This document shows positions 38,719 through 47,665 of a DNA stretch of 64,000 nt, one piece after another. Each line of letters begins with the position of its first letter. Positions within the stretch are counted from its first letter, which is position 1. Position numbers and translations under genes: made by a program. Origin of the DNA: Bacteroidales bacterium (lineage in GTDB: Bacteria > Bacteroidota > Bacteroidia > Bacteroidales > UBA932); the NCBI GenBank assembly GCA_017395045.1, contig JAFPWG010000027.1, positions 177,637-241,636 of the forward strand, given 5' to 3'. The notes beneath the pieces are model-generated. The model worked only from the letters and a program-made list of their open reading frames with translations, searched no databases and was not told where the DNA came from.

Positions 38719-39318
38719 ATGAGAAAATCCTTGATTCTGACGGCCTTGTCGTTGCTGTCCCTTGTTGCCTGCCAGTCCGTGCAAAGGAAACTGGAGGACA
38801 GGGTGCTGGAACTTTGCGCCTACATCCCGGACCACGAGTTGTCGGAAGATGCAGGCAAATACTTGACGGACAGTTATCTGCGTACCTTCCAGGAAGCGAT
38901 GGACATTCCGGAGTGGGTGGAGTACGCCGGTGAGATCGGAGAGAAGGAATTCCTTTTCTATGCCGTATCCGGCAATGGGGACAGTAAACCGGAGTACCGC
39001 CTGCTGGAAGTCCGCATGACGGACAAGGAGCATGCGGAAGCCGACGTGGAAATCGTCCCGGTCCTGGAAGACGGCACCGTGGATGGGGAGTCCGTCCGGA
39101 AAGGGACGCTGAAACTGGTCCTGACGGACGGTATCTGGCTCCTGGACGATTTTGACGATACGAAAGAGCAATGCCAGGCCTTTGTCAGGAAGACGCGGGC
39201 GGAACTTGCTTCCGGTGCCGCGCTCGACAGCCTGAAGGCCTCCGGCTGGGTGGAAGAGGACTATCTGGAACGCTTCCAGGACGACGTGGACCAGTTCTAC
39301 AAGACCTACGGCAAGTAA
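38719..39318 (+). CDS. hypothetical lipoprotein
   Basis: MRKSLILTALSLLSLVAC lipobox; no family recognised. ATG 38707 is an alternative start. Confidence 0.55.
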   Translation: MRKSLILTALSLLSLVACQSVQRKLEDRVLELCAYIPDHELSEDAGKYLTDSYLRTFQEAMDIPEWVEYAGEIGEKEFLFYAVSGNGDSKPEYRLLEVRMTDKEHAEADVEIVPVLEDGTVDGESVRKGTLKLVLTDGIWLLDDFDDTKEQCQAFVRKTRAELASGAALDSLKASGWVEEDYLERFQDDVDQFYKTYGK

Positions 39319-39321
39319 GGG

Positions 39322-40593
39322 ATGGAACGGCAGCACGAACTCTCCGAAGTATTGGAAGTCGCTTCCACGGCGGGACACATCCTGCTGGAGAACGGCGCGG
39401 AGATTTCCCGCGTCGAAGACATCATGGCCCGGATCGCTTCCTATTATGGCGTGGATTCGGGCAATTTCTTCGTCCTGTCCAACGGGATCTTTACGACCGG
39501 ATCGGCCGGGAAACTGGAGAAAGCGGGCGGCCAGGCTTCGACCTATGCCAACGTGGAATTCATCCCCATCCGTCCCATCCAGCTCCAGAAGGTCGTGGAA
39601 GTGAGCCAGCTCAGTTATGACATCGCCTCCGGGAAATGCACCCTGGAAGAGGCACGCACCCGTTTGGAGAAGATCCGGAACATGCCGGCGAAGGCCATGT
39701 GGGAGCAGATGCTGGGCTCGTCTTTCGGCGCCGCCGGTTTCTGCTCGGTCTTCGGAGGCGGTTGGATGGATTGCGCCGCCGCATTTGTCGTGGGGCTTCT
39801 GCTATATGCCTTCATCCTGCTCGTGAGCGGCCGGCATTTTTCCCGGATTGTCGCGGGCATCTGCAACGCACTTGTCGCAACGTTGCTGTGCGTGGCCTGT
39901 TACAGGATCGGTTTCGGCCATAGCCTGAGCAACATCATCATCGGCGCCGTGATGCCCCTCATTCCCGGAATCCCCTTCGTAAACGGTGTCCGGGATCTGG
40001 CCAATTCGGACTATCTTGCCGGGCTGACCAGGCTTACGGATGCGCTGCTGGGCTTTTTCTGCATTGCGATCGGTGTGAGTTGCGGCTTCCTCGTGGACGG
40101 CATGCTGTTCGGCGGACTCATCCGCCTGGAAGGCGTCCGGATCGATCCGCAGACGGCGGGACTCGCCATCCAGGCAATGGCCGCCTTCATAGGAACGGCC
40201 GCCTTCGCCATCCTGTTTGGCGTACCTCGGAGATCGTATGTCGCTACCGGCATCGTGGGCGCCGTGGGTTGGCTGCTGTATCTGGTCCTCGTGCGTTATG
40301 CCGGACTGACGGCCGCAGTCTCCACCGTCCTCGCAACCGTTCTCGTGGGCATCATGTCCCGCATCTTTGCCGTGTGGGCGAAATGCCCGGCCGCCGTGTT
40401 CCTGCTATGCGGGATCTTCCCGCTGGTACCGGGCGCCGGAATATTCTGGTGTTCATATTACCTGGTATCCAGCCAGTTGGACATGTCGAGCTCGACGGGA
40501 TTCACCGCCGCTAAAATCGCCATTGCCATCGTCCTGGGAATCATCCTGGCGATGGAATTGCCGCAGCGTCTGTTCTCGGGGAAGAAACGTTAA
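39322..40593 (+). CDS. threonine/serine exporter family protein (fused ThrE and ThrE_2 halves)
   Basis: EVASTAGHILLENGAEISRVEDIM..., then about 10 TM segments. Confidence 0.8.
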   Translation: MERQHELSEVLEVASTAGHILLENGAEISRVEDIMARIASYYGVDSGNFFVLSNGIFTTGSAGKLEKAGGQASTYANVEFIPIRPIQLQKVVEVSQLSYDIASGKCTLEEARTRLEKIRNMPAKAMWEQMLGSSFGAAGFCSVFGGGWMDCAAAFVVGLLLYAFILLVSGRHFSRIVAGICNALVATLLCVACYRIGFGHSLSNIIIGAVMPLIPGIPFVNGVRDLANSDYLAGLTRLTDALLGFFCIAIGVSCGFLVDGMLFGGLIRLEGVRIDPQTAGLAIQAMAAFIGTAAFAILFGVPRRSYVATGIVGAVGWLLYLVLVRYAGLTAAVSTVLATVLVGIMSRIFAVWAKCPAAVFLLCGIFPLVPGAGIFWCSYYLVSSQLDMSSSTGFTAAKIAIAIVLGIILAMELPQRLFSGKKR

Positions 40594-42068
40594 TCCTGAT
40601 GGCAGTTGAGTTTCCGGACCGGTTCGCAGGTGAGGCCGATGCCCAGCTTGTTGAAGGTCTTGCGGTCCACTTCGCTCAGCATCACGGTCGAATGCACCTG
40701 TGATCCCGCCAGTTTGGGGAGCTGCTCGATGGCAAGCTTGCAGTTCTCGTCGATCAGGCTCATCATGGAAATCGCAATCAGGACCTCGTCCGTATGCAGG
40801 CGGGGGTTGCGTCCGTGCAGATAGTTCACCTTGGTCTTCTGGATGGGGGCGATCATCGTCTGCGGGATGAGCTTGACGTTGTGGGCGATGCCGGCGATAT
40901 GCTTCAAGGCATTCAGCAGCAGGGCGGCGCAGGGACCGAGCAGGGGAGAGGTCTCGGCCGTGAGGATGGTCCCGTCTTCCAATTCGATGGCGGCTGTGGC
41001 CACATGGGAATGCTCCAGGCGGTCTTTTGCCGCAACGGTGCACAGGCGGTCGGCGGTGGAGATGTTTGCCCGTTTCATCAGAAGGGCGATCTTGTTCACT
41101 TCGCTCTCCGTGGCTTTTCCGTCGGCGAAATTGCACAGGGCCGTGTAGTAGCGGCGGATGATTTCCTGCAGGGAAGCCTTCCGGCACACGTCGTCGTCAC
41201 AAATGCAGTTCCCGACCATGTTCACGCCCATGTCGGTGGGGGACTTGTAGGGGGATTCCCCGTAGATATCGTTGAAGAGGGCATTCATCACCGGGAAGAT
41301 TTCCACGTCGCGGTTGTAGTTGACCGCCGTCTTTCCGTAGGCATCCAGGTGGAAGGGGTCGATCATGTTCACGTCCTCCAGGTCGGCCGTGGCGGCTTCA
41401 TAGGCCAGGTTTACGGGATGTGTAAGAGGGAGGTTCCAGATAGGGAACGTCTCGAATTTCGCGTAACCGGCCTTGACGCCGCGGCGGTTCTCCTGATACA
41501 GCTGGCTCAGGCAGACAGCCATCTTTCCGCTGCCGGGACCGGGGGCCGTCACGACGACAAGCGGCTTGGTGGTCTCCACGTAGTCGTTCTTGCCGAAACC
41601 CTCTTCAGAGTCAATCAGCGCGACATTGTGGGGATATCCTTCGATCGTATGGTGGTAGTAAACCTTGATGCCCATCGCTTCCAGGCGCTTCCGGTACGCG
41701 TCGGCACTGGACTGGCCATTATAGTGCGTGATCACGACGCTGTTTACGCTGAGGCCCCTCTCGATAAACTCGTCCCGCAGCCGGAGTACATCCACGTCGT
41801 AGGTGATGCCCAGGTCGCTCCGGACCTTGTTCTTCTCGATATCCACGGCACTGATGACGATGACGATTTCCGCATCGTCCTTCATCTGCATGAGCATCTT
41901 CAGCTTGCTGTCCGGCTCGAAGCCCGGCAGGACGCGGCTGGCATGGTAGTCGTCGAACAGCTTGCCGCCGAATTCCATGTAAAGCTTGTCGCCGAAAGTG
42001 GCGATGCGCTGCTTGATGTGCTCCGATTGGATGGTGAGATACTTCTCGTTGTCGAACCCGTATTGCAT
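40590..42068 (-). CDS. DUF1846 (UPF0371) family protein
   Basis: MQYGFDNEKYLTIQSEHIKQRI...FGGKLFDDYHASRVLPGFEPD is characteristic. TAACTTTG -7 box at 42094-42101 (minus). Confidence 0.8.
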   Translation of the reverse strand: MQYGFDNEKYLTIQSEHIKQRIATFGDKLYMEFGGKLFDDYHASRVLPGFEPDSKLKMLMQMKDDAEIVIVISAVDIEKNKVRSDLGITYDVDVLRLRDEFIERGLSVNSVVITHYNGQSSADAYRKRLEAMGIKVYYHHTIEGYPHNVALIDSEEGFGKNDYVETTKPLVVVTAPGPGSGKMAVCLSQLYQENRRGVKAGYAKFETFPIWNLPLTHPVNLAYEAATADLEDVNMIDPFHLDAYGKTAVNYNRDVEIFPVMNALFNDIYGESPYKSPTDMGVNMVGNCICDDDVCRKASLQEIIRRYYTALCNFADGKATESEVNKIALLMKRANISTADRLCTVAAKDRLEHSHVATAAIELEDGTILTAETSPLLGPCAALLLNALKHIAGIAHNVKLIPQTMIAPIQKTKVNYLHGRNPRLHTDEVLIAISMMSLIDENCKLAIEQLPKLAGSQVHSTVMLSEVDRKTFNKLGIGLTCEPVRKLNCHQD

Positions 42069-42218
42069 AATGGACTTTCTTGAATACGGGTCACAAAGTT
42101 AGCAAATCCCGCTGAAAACCGCAATCCCGAATCGAAAAAAGACGCAAATTTGCTAAAATGCCCCAAAATGCGTAAATTAGCACCACTAAACACAACCTGA
42201 CTGATAACCGCCTCTTTT

Positions 42219-42893
42219 ATGGATGAAGTGAGAGTCATCGAAATCAAGAAAAGCGTTTTCGAAGACAATGACCGCGACGCGGCCGCTTTACGGAAAGAAT
42301 TGAAAGACAAAGGGGTATTCCTCCTGAACCTGATGTCCGCTCCCGGCAGCGGCAAAACTACCACCCTCATCGGAACCCTTCAGAGAATCAAGGACAAGGT
42401 CCGCACGGCCGTGATGGAGGCCGATATCGACTCGGATGTCGATGCGGTGAAGATCCTGAAGGCTACCGGCGTGCCCACCATCCAGCTCCACACGGGCGGG
42501 ATGTGCCACCTGGATGCGGAAATGACGCGCCAGGGGCTGGACAACGTGGCCCTCTCCGACGTGGACCTCGTCATCCTGGAGAACGTCGGGAACCTCGTCT
42601 GTCCGGCCGAATTCGACACCGGAGCCGTTCGCAACGCGATGATCCTGTCCGTTCCGGAAGGGGATGACAAACCGCTGAAATACCCGCTCATGTTTTCCGT
42701 CTGTGACCTGGTACTGGTGAACAAGGTCGATGTGATGCCTTATTTCGACTTCGACCTGGACAAGTGCCGGAAGTATGTCCGCATGCGTAATCCCAAGGCC
42801 CGCGTCATCCCCATCTGCGCGAAGACGGGCGAGGGGGTGGACGAGTTCGCCGACTGGCTGCTCGCCGAGGTAAAGAATTGGAAACTAAGCTAA
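42219..42893 (+). CDS. hypB: hydrogenase/urease-type nickel incorporation GTPase HypB
   Basis: P-loop APGSGKTT, GGMCHLDA, ENVGNLVCPAEFD, LVNKVD. No N-terminal CxxCGC or His-rich tract. Confidence 0.9.
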   Translation: MDEVRVIEIKKSVFEDNDRDAAALRKELKDKGVFLLNLMSAPGSGKTTTLIGTLQRIKDKVRTAVMEADIDSDVDAVKILKATGVPTIQLHTGGMCHLDAEMTRQGLDNVALSDVDLVILENVGNLVCPAEFDTGAVRNAMILSVPEGDDKPLKYPLMFSVCDLVLVNKVDVMPYFDFDLDKCRKYVRMRNPKARVIPICAKTGEGVDEFADWLLAEVKNWKLS

Positions 42894-42905
42894 TAACCTA
42901 TACAT

Positions 42906-45731
42906 ATGCCTGAGATGTCCAAGAAATTTGTCCCCAAGCACATGGGGGACAAGAATCCTAATCCCAAGCTCCTGAAATTCGTCCGACACGTCACGGACCG
43001 CATCCCCGGAAAGATCAAGATGGACACGAACGCCCCCGAGTACTGGGGTCTTGCGTGCATCTTCGAGGACGAGATGGATCCCGTGACCCGCGATGCATCG
43101 CTGGACCTCCTGCTGGATATGCTGCCCGGGAATTTCTTCCGGGTACGTGAACACCACACCTATGAGAAACTGCATCGGATGAATGCAGAGAAGCACTATA
43201 CGCCGGATGACAAGTCCTTCGACGAGCTGCTGGACCTGATGGCCCGCCTGGGCGTCCTGGAATATGACTACGGTGACAAATACACCAAGGATGGTCCCGT
43301 GCCCGGGACCACGTACAACCGGGAAGACCGGGTCTACTGGGTGCCGATGTTCGTGCCCGGCAGCGCCGAATACACCAACATGAACGAGGCGCTCATGAAA
43401 AAGCACCCGGAGCTGGGCATGTTCTTCGAGCGCATGACATTCCTCCCGCTGGAGAAGATCACCCCCATGGTGCCGATGGGCGGATCCGGCATCGGCATGC
43501 ACGTGATTCCCGTGGAGAAAGCCATCTCCATGGAGAACCAATCCATTGACATCGAGCATATTTCCTACTGGCTCAAGCGCTACGAGGGTCACCTTGCTGT
43601 AGGTATCTGTTCCTGCCGCATCGGCCGCAAGGGACTGGACGAAGGCTGCGCCGACGACTACCGCGACTGGTGCATCGGCGTGGGCGACATGGCGGAATAC
43701 CTGGCGGAGACGGGCCGCGGCCACTACATCACCTACGATGAGTGCATGGCCATCCTGAAGAAGGCCGAGGACCACGGTTTCGTGCACCAGATCACGAACA
43801 TCGACGGAGAGGGGAAGATTTTCGCCATCTGCAACTGCAACGTGAAGATCTGCAACGCTCTCCGCACGTCGCAGCTGTTCAATACGCCCAACATGTCCCG
43901 GAGCGCCTACGTGGCGGAAGTGGACCCGAAGAACTGCGTCGCCTGCGGCCGCTGCGTGGAGTATTGCCCCGCCGGCGCGGTGAAGCTGGGCCAGAAGCTT
44001 TGCACGAAGCACGGACCGCAGACCTATCCCAAACAGGAATTGCCGGACGCCGCCAAATGGGGCGAGCACAAGTGGACGGAGGACTATCGGGACAAGAACC
44101 GGATCAACTGCTACGAGACCGGTACGGCTCCCTGCAAGACCGCCTGCCCGGCACACATTGCCGTCCAGGGCTACCTGAAGAAGGCCGCTGAAGGCAAATA
44201 TACGGAGGCACTGGAACTCATCAAGCGGGAGAATCCGTTCCCCGCCGTGTGCGGACGCGTGTGCAACCGCCGTTGCGAGGATGCCTGCACGCGCGGCACC
44301 ATCGACCAGCCCATCGCCATCGACGCGGTGAAGAAGTTCATTGCTGAACAGGACCTTCATGCGGAAACCCGCTTCGTCCCGGAGGTGAACATCTGCTCCA
44401 ACGTCCTGGAACGCTGGGAGGAGAAGATCGCCATCATCGGCGGCGGTCCTGCCGGCCTGAGCTGCGCCTATTACCTGGCCACCATGGGTTACAAGCCGAC
44501 CGTGTTCGAGAAGAACGAGGAACCGGGCGGCATGCTCCGCTACGGAATCCCTTCCTATAAATTGGAGAAGGACGTCATCGCCGCGGAAATCGACGTCATG
44601 AAGGAGATCGGCGTGGAGATCCGCACCGGCGTGGAAGTTGGCAAGGACGTTACCATCGCCGGTTTGCGGGAAGAAGGCTACAAGGGCTTCTATGTGGCCA
44701 TCGGCTGCCAGGGCGGCAAACTGCCCGGCGTTCCGGGGGAGACGCTCCCCGGCACTTCCACGGCCATCGACTTCCTCCATGCCGCAAATACCGGCAAGGT
44801 GAAGGTGTCCGGCAAGGTCGTAGTCGTCGGTGGCGGCAATGTCGCGATCGACGCGGCCCGCGTGGCAAAGCGCAGCGGTGCATCTGAGGTAACTATGCTC
44901 TCCCTCGAAACCGAAGACATCATGCCCGCGTCCCTGGAGGAACGCACCGAAGCCCGTGAGGACGGTGTGGTCATCAACCCGGGCTGGGGCCCGAAGGAAG
45001 TCCTCGGTAGCGGAAAGGTAACAGGAATCGTGTTCAAGCGTTGTACTTCCGTTTTCGACGAGAATCACCGCTTTGCTCCGAAATACGATGAGAATGAACT
45101 CATTACGCTTGAGGCCGACCAGGTCGTCTTCGCCATCGGCCAGACCGTGGTCCTGAAAGACCTGCTCAAGGATACCAAGGTGGAATTCTTCCGCGGCGTG
45201 TATCCCGTGGCCGACAAGCTTACGTACCAGACGGCCGAGCCCGACATCTTCGTGGGCGGTGACGTATTCACCGGACCCAAGTTCGCGATCGACGCCATCG
45301 CCGCCGGCAAGGAGGCTGCCGAATCCCTGCATCGTTTCGTGCAGCACGGACATATGACCATCGGCCGCAACCGGCGCGATTTCATCGAACTGGACAAGGG
45401 AGACATCTTCGTCGAGTCCTACGACAACGGTTCGCGCCAGGATCCCGGCGTGAAACCCGTGAAGGATGCTTTCCGGGAATATCACGGCACCCTGACCGAG
45501 GAGCAGGTCCGCAAGGAAACGGCCCGCTGCCTCAGCTGCGGCGCTTCGGTCGTCGATGAAAACAAGTGCATCGGATGCGGAGTCTGTACGACCAAGTGCG
45601 GTTTCGACGCCATCCATCTGCACCGCGTCCATCCCGAAGCGTCCGTCATGCGGACTTCCGAGGACAAGTTCTCCGGAATCCTCCCTTATATGCTCAAGCG
45701 CACGGGCAAGATCCTCTTCAAGAAGAGATAA
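42906..45731 (+). CDS. 941-aa multidomain Fe-S flavoprotein: unknown Cys-rich N-domain, ferredoxin motif, GltD-like NAD(P)H/FAD module, C-terminal ferredoxin
   Basis: aa 235-316 CSC...C...C...C...CNC....C; aa 344-354 CVACGRCVEYCP; aa 402-461 GltD-type cluster region (CGRVCNRRCEDAC); IAIIGGGPAGL and VVVVGGGNVAID Rossmann folds; aa 875-898 CLSCG...CIGCGVCTTKC. Confidence 0.8.
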   Translation: MPEMSKKFVPKHMGDKNPNPKLLKFVRHVTDRIPGKIKMDTNAPEYWGLACIFEDEMDPVTRDASLDLLLDMLPGNFFRVREHHTYEKLHRMNAEKHYTPDDKSFDELLDLMARLGVLEYDYGDKYTKDGPVPGTTYNREDRVYWVPMFVPGSAEYTNMNEALMKKHPELGMFFERMTFLPLEKITPMVPMGGSGIGMHVIPVEKAISMENQSIDIEHISYWLKRYEGHLAVGICSCRIGRKGLDEGCADDYRDWCIGVGDMAEYLAETGRGHYITYDECMAILKKAEDHGFVHQITNIDGEGKIFAICNCNVKICNALRTSQLFNTPNMSRSAYVAEVDPKNCVACGRCVEYCPAGAVKLGQKLCTKHGPQTYPKQELPDAAKWGEHKWTEDYRDKNRINCYETGTAPCKTACPAHIAVQGYLKKAAEGKYTEALELIKRENPFPAVCGRVCNRRCEDACTRGTIDQPIAIDAVKKFIAEQDLHAETRFVPEVNICSNVLERWEEKIAIIGGGPAGLSCAYYLATMGYKPTVFEKNEEPGGMLRYGIPSYKLEKDVIAAEIDVMKEIGVEIRTGVEVGKDVTIAGLREEGYKGFYVAIGCQGGKLPGVPGETLPGTSTAIDFLHAANTGKVKVSGKVVVVGGGNVAIDAARVAKRSGASEVTMLSLETEDIMPASLEERTEAREDGVVINPGWGPKEVLGSGKVTGIVFKRCTSVFDENHRFAPKYDENELITLEADQVVFAIGQTVVLKDLLKDTKVEFFRGVYPVADKLTYQTAEPDIFVGGDVFTGPKFAIDAIAAGKEAAESLHRFVQHGHMTIGRNRRDFIELDKGDIFVESYDNGSRQDPGVKPVKDAFREYHGTLTEEQVRKETARCLSCGASVVDENKCIGCGVCTTKCGFDAIHLHRVHPEASVMRTSEDKFSGILPYMLKRTGKILFKKR

Positions 45732-46075
45732 TGCACGAGCTGGGCATCGTCTTTTACATTATCCGGGACGTCAAGAAGGCGGCTCTCGAGAATGCCGTGG
45801 CGCACGTTTCCGCCGTAGTGATGAACATCGGCGAAGTGTCTACGGTGATTCCCGAGTACCTGACCGACTGCTGGCGCTGGGCTGCGGACAAGGAGCCGCT
45901 GCTGAAAGGCTGCGAGCTCAAGGTCAATACCATTCCGGCGGTTACCCGGTGCGGAGACTGCGGAAACGAGTATGAAACGGTCCGATATGGAAAGACGTGT
46001 CCCCGCTGCAACAGTGAAAATACCTGGCTCCTGCAAGGGAACGAGGTGGAAATCAAGGAAATAGAAGTAACTTAA
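45731..46075 (+). CDS. hypA: hydrogenase maturation nickel metallochaperone HypA
   Basis: N-terminal MHE nickel site; zinc site CGDCG...CPRCNS. Start overlaps the upstream stop (TAATG). The track ORF 45566-46075 N-extension is rejected. Confidence 0.9.
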   Translation: MHELGIVFYIIRDVKKAALENAVAHVSAVVMNIGEVSTVIPEYLTDCWRWAADKEPLLKGCELKVNTIPAVTRCGDCGNEYETVRYGKTCPRCNSENTWLLQGNEVEIKEIEVT

Positions 46076-46079
46076 AGAT

Positions 46080-46421
46080 ATGGCTTGTTTTATTGTTCCC
46101 CTGGTACAGGCAGTCGCTACGACCGTGTACCGCAAGCGCCACGCGGCGGCCATCGCCGCGCCGGACGCCCCCGCCCTCCGTCACCGTCTTCCCGACCTGG
46201 AGAAGATGCTCTGGGGCGGCACCCTGATGCTCATCGTGGACCACGTCATCAATGGCGAGCTTACCTGGCGTTTCCCGTTCTTCACCGCCTTGGACCAGGC
46301 GGGCGGAGGTATGGTGATGCTCCGGGAGATGCTTACCGTGGGCGTTCCCATGTCCCTGGTCCTCACCCTTGCGTGGGTGGTCTGGGCCTATGTCAGAGAC
46401 CGCAAGTCCGCAACTGTTTAA
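46080..46421 (+). CDS. small integral membrane protein, unknown function
   Basis: 113 aa with about 3 hydrophobic segments. Starts 4 nt after hypA. Confidence 0.55.
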   Translation: MACFIVPLVQAVATTVYRKRHAAAIAAPDAPALRHRLPDLEKMLWGGTLMLIVDHVINGELTWRFPFFTALDQAGGGMVMLREMLTVGVPMSLVLTLAWVVWAYVRDRKSATV

Positions 46422-46446
46422 CACATCATAACTAAAACCTTCAAGT

Positions 46447-47550
46447 ATGTTTTTCCAAGTGTATGGCGAACATGCATTCGCCCAGTGGGGGATGCTTCTG
46501 GTCGTCCTCATCGGCCTGATCCTCTTCAATGAATTCGCCCGTCGCACCAAGTTCGGCGGTGTCATCACGTTCCTGGCCATTCCGCTGGCCCTGACGGCCT
46601 ATTTCCTTGCCATCTGGATTGGTGTAAGAAACGGTGCGCAGTGGGCTCTTGAGAACCAGACCCACGTGTACATGCAGGGCTGGTTCCACTACGCCAAGCT
46701 CTATGCCGCCACCGCCGGGTGCATCGGCTTCATGATGATCAAGTACAAGTGGGGCATTGGTGCAAAGCACTGGTTCAAGCCGTTCCCGTTCATCATCGTG
46801 GGCATCAACATCCTGATTGCCTGCGTGTCCGACTTCGAGTCCGCCGTGATGGGCTGGAACAAGTGGTGGCTCACCTCCGAAGGCGTCTGGCAGTATGGCG
46901 GCTGGCACAATGTGATGAACGGTGTCGCCGGCCTGCTCAACATCTTCTGTATGACCGCCTGGTGGAACGTGTATCCCTCCAAGGACAAGAAGGACATGAT
47001 CTGGGCCGACATGACTTGGGTGTACATCCTTGTCTATGACATCTGGAACTTCGCCTACACGTACAATTGCCTGCCTACGCACAGCTGGTACTGCGGTATC
47101 GCCCTGCTCCTCGCCCCGACCATCGCTGCCCTGCTGTGGAACCGCGGCGGCTGGATCCAGAACCGCGCCAACACCCTCGCGATCTGGTGCATGTTCGCCC
47201 AGGTGTTCCCGCTCTTCCAGGAGACCTTCAAGAACGGCCAGCAGTGGTTCCCTTGGGCCACCCTTCCCGTCCTCTATCCGGAAGGCGTCGCCACCATCGA
47301 GAAGCTCTATGCGGCCGGCGGCCAGGCGGCTGTCGACGGTGTCGTGGGCACGACTGTCGATCCTTCCGTGGTCGCCGCCAATCCCACGATGATGGTCGTC
47401 ATCAGCGCCCTCGCCCTCCTCGTCAATGCGGTCGCCCTCGGCTACATCTTCTGCCAGGCCAAGAAGCGCCACATCAACCCGTACAAGGAAGATGTCTTCG
47501 TGGACCAGAAGTACTACAAGGATGCCATGGCCCGTGCCGATGTGAACTAA
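46447..47550 (+). CDS. polytopic, Trp-rich integral membrane protein, unknown function
   Basis: 367 aa with about 9-10 hydrophobic segments and many W/Y/N. No transporter signature recognised (no NiCoT HX4DH). Confidence 0.65.
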   Translation: MFFQVYGEHAFAQWGMLLVVLIGLILFNEFARRTKFGGVITFLAIPLALTAYFLAIWIGVRNGAQWALENQTHVYMQGWFHYAKLYAATAGCIGFMMIKYKWGIGAKHWFKPFPFIIVGINILIACVSDFESAVMGWNKWWLTSEGVWQYGGWHNVMNGVAGLLNIFCMTAWWNVYPSKDKKDMIWADMTWVYILVYDIWNFAYTYNCLPTHSWYCGIALLLAPTIAALLWNRGGWIQNRANTLAIWCMFAQVFPLFQETFKNGQQWFPWATLPVLYPEGVATIEKLYAAGGQAAVDGVVGTTVDPSVVAANPTMMVVISALALLVNAVALGYIFCQAKKRHINPYKEDVFVDQKYYKDAMARADVN

Positions 47551-47577
47551 TCTGGCAGTCAAACCATTATGGGATGG

Positions 47578-47603
47578 ACGGAGGTCTTCGGGCCTCCGTT
47601 TTC
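47578..47603 (+). terminator. intrinsic terminator ending the hyp-containing operon
   Basis: ACGGAGGTC-TTCG-GGCCTCCGT (9-bp stem, one G-U pair) followed by TTTT. Confidence 0.7.
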
Positions 47604-47665
47604 CGTTCCGCATTTCGTATTGTGGCGGAAAAACGCTATATTCGCATTCTTAACAGACGGATACG

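Noticed and set aside
42069-42218. Looked for a NiCo or other metal riboswitch or regulator box upstream of hypB.
   Set aside because: The region is only 150 nt and is shared with the divergent DUF1846 promoter. I see promoter-like boxes (TAACTTTG on the minus strand; TAAATTAG on the plus strand) but no conserved riboswitch core I can recognise.
42885-45632. 915-aa ORF antisense to the 941-aa Fe-S flavoprotein gene.
   Set aside because: The plus-strand protein has clear Rossmann and ferredoxin motifs. The antisense product is low-complexity (A/G/V/D/H/L) with no motifs, so it is a GC-composition artefact.
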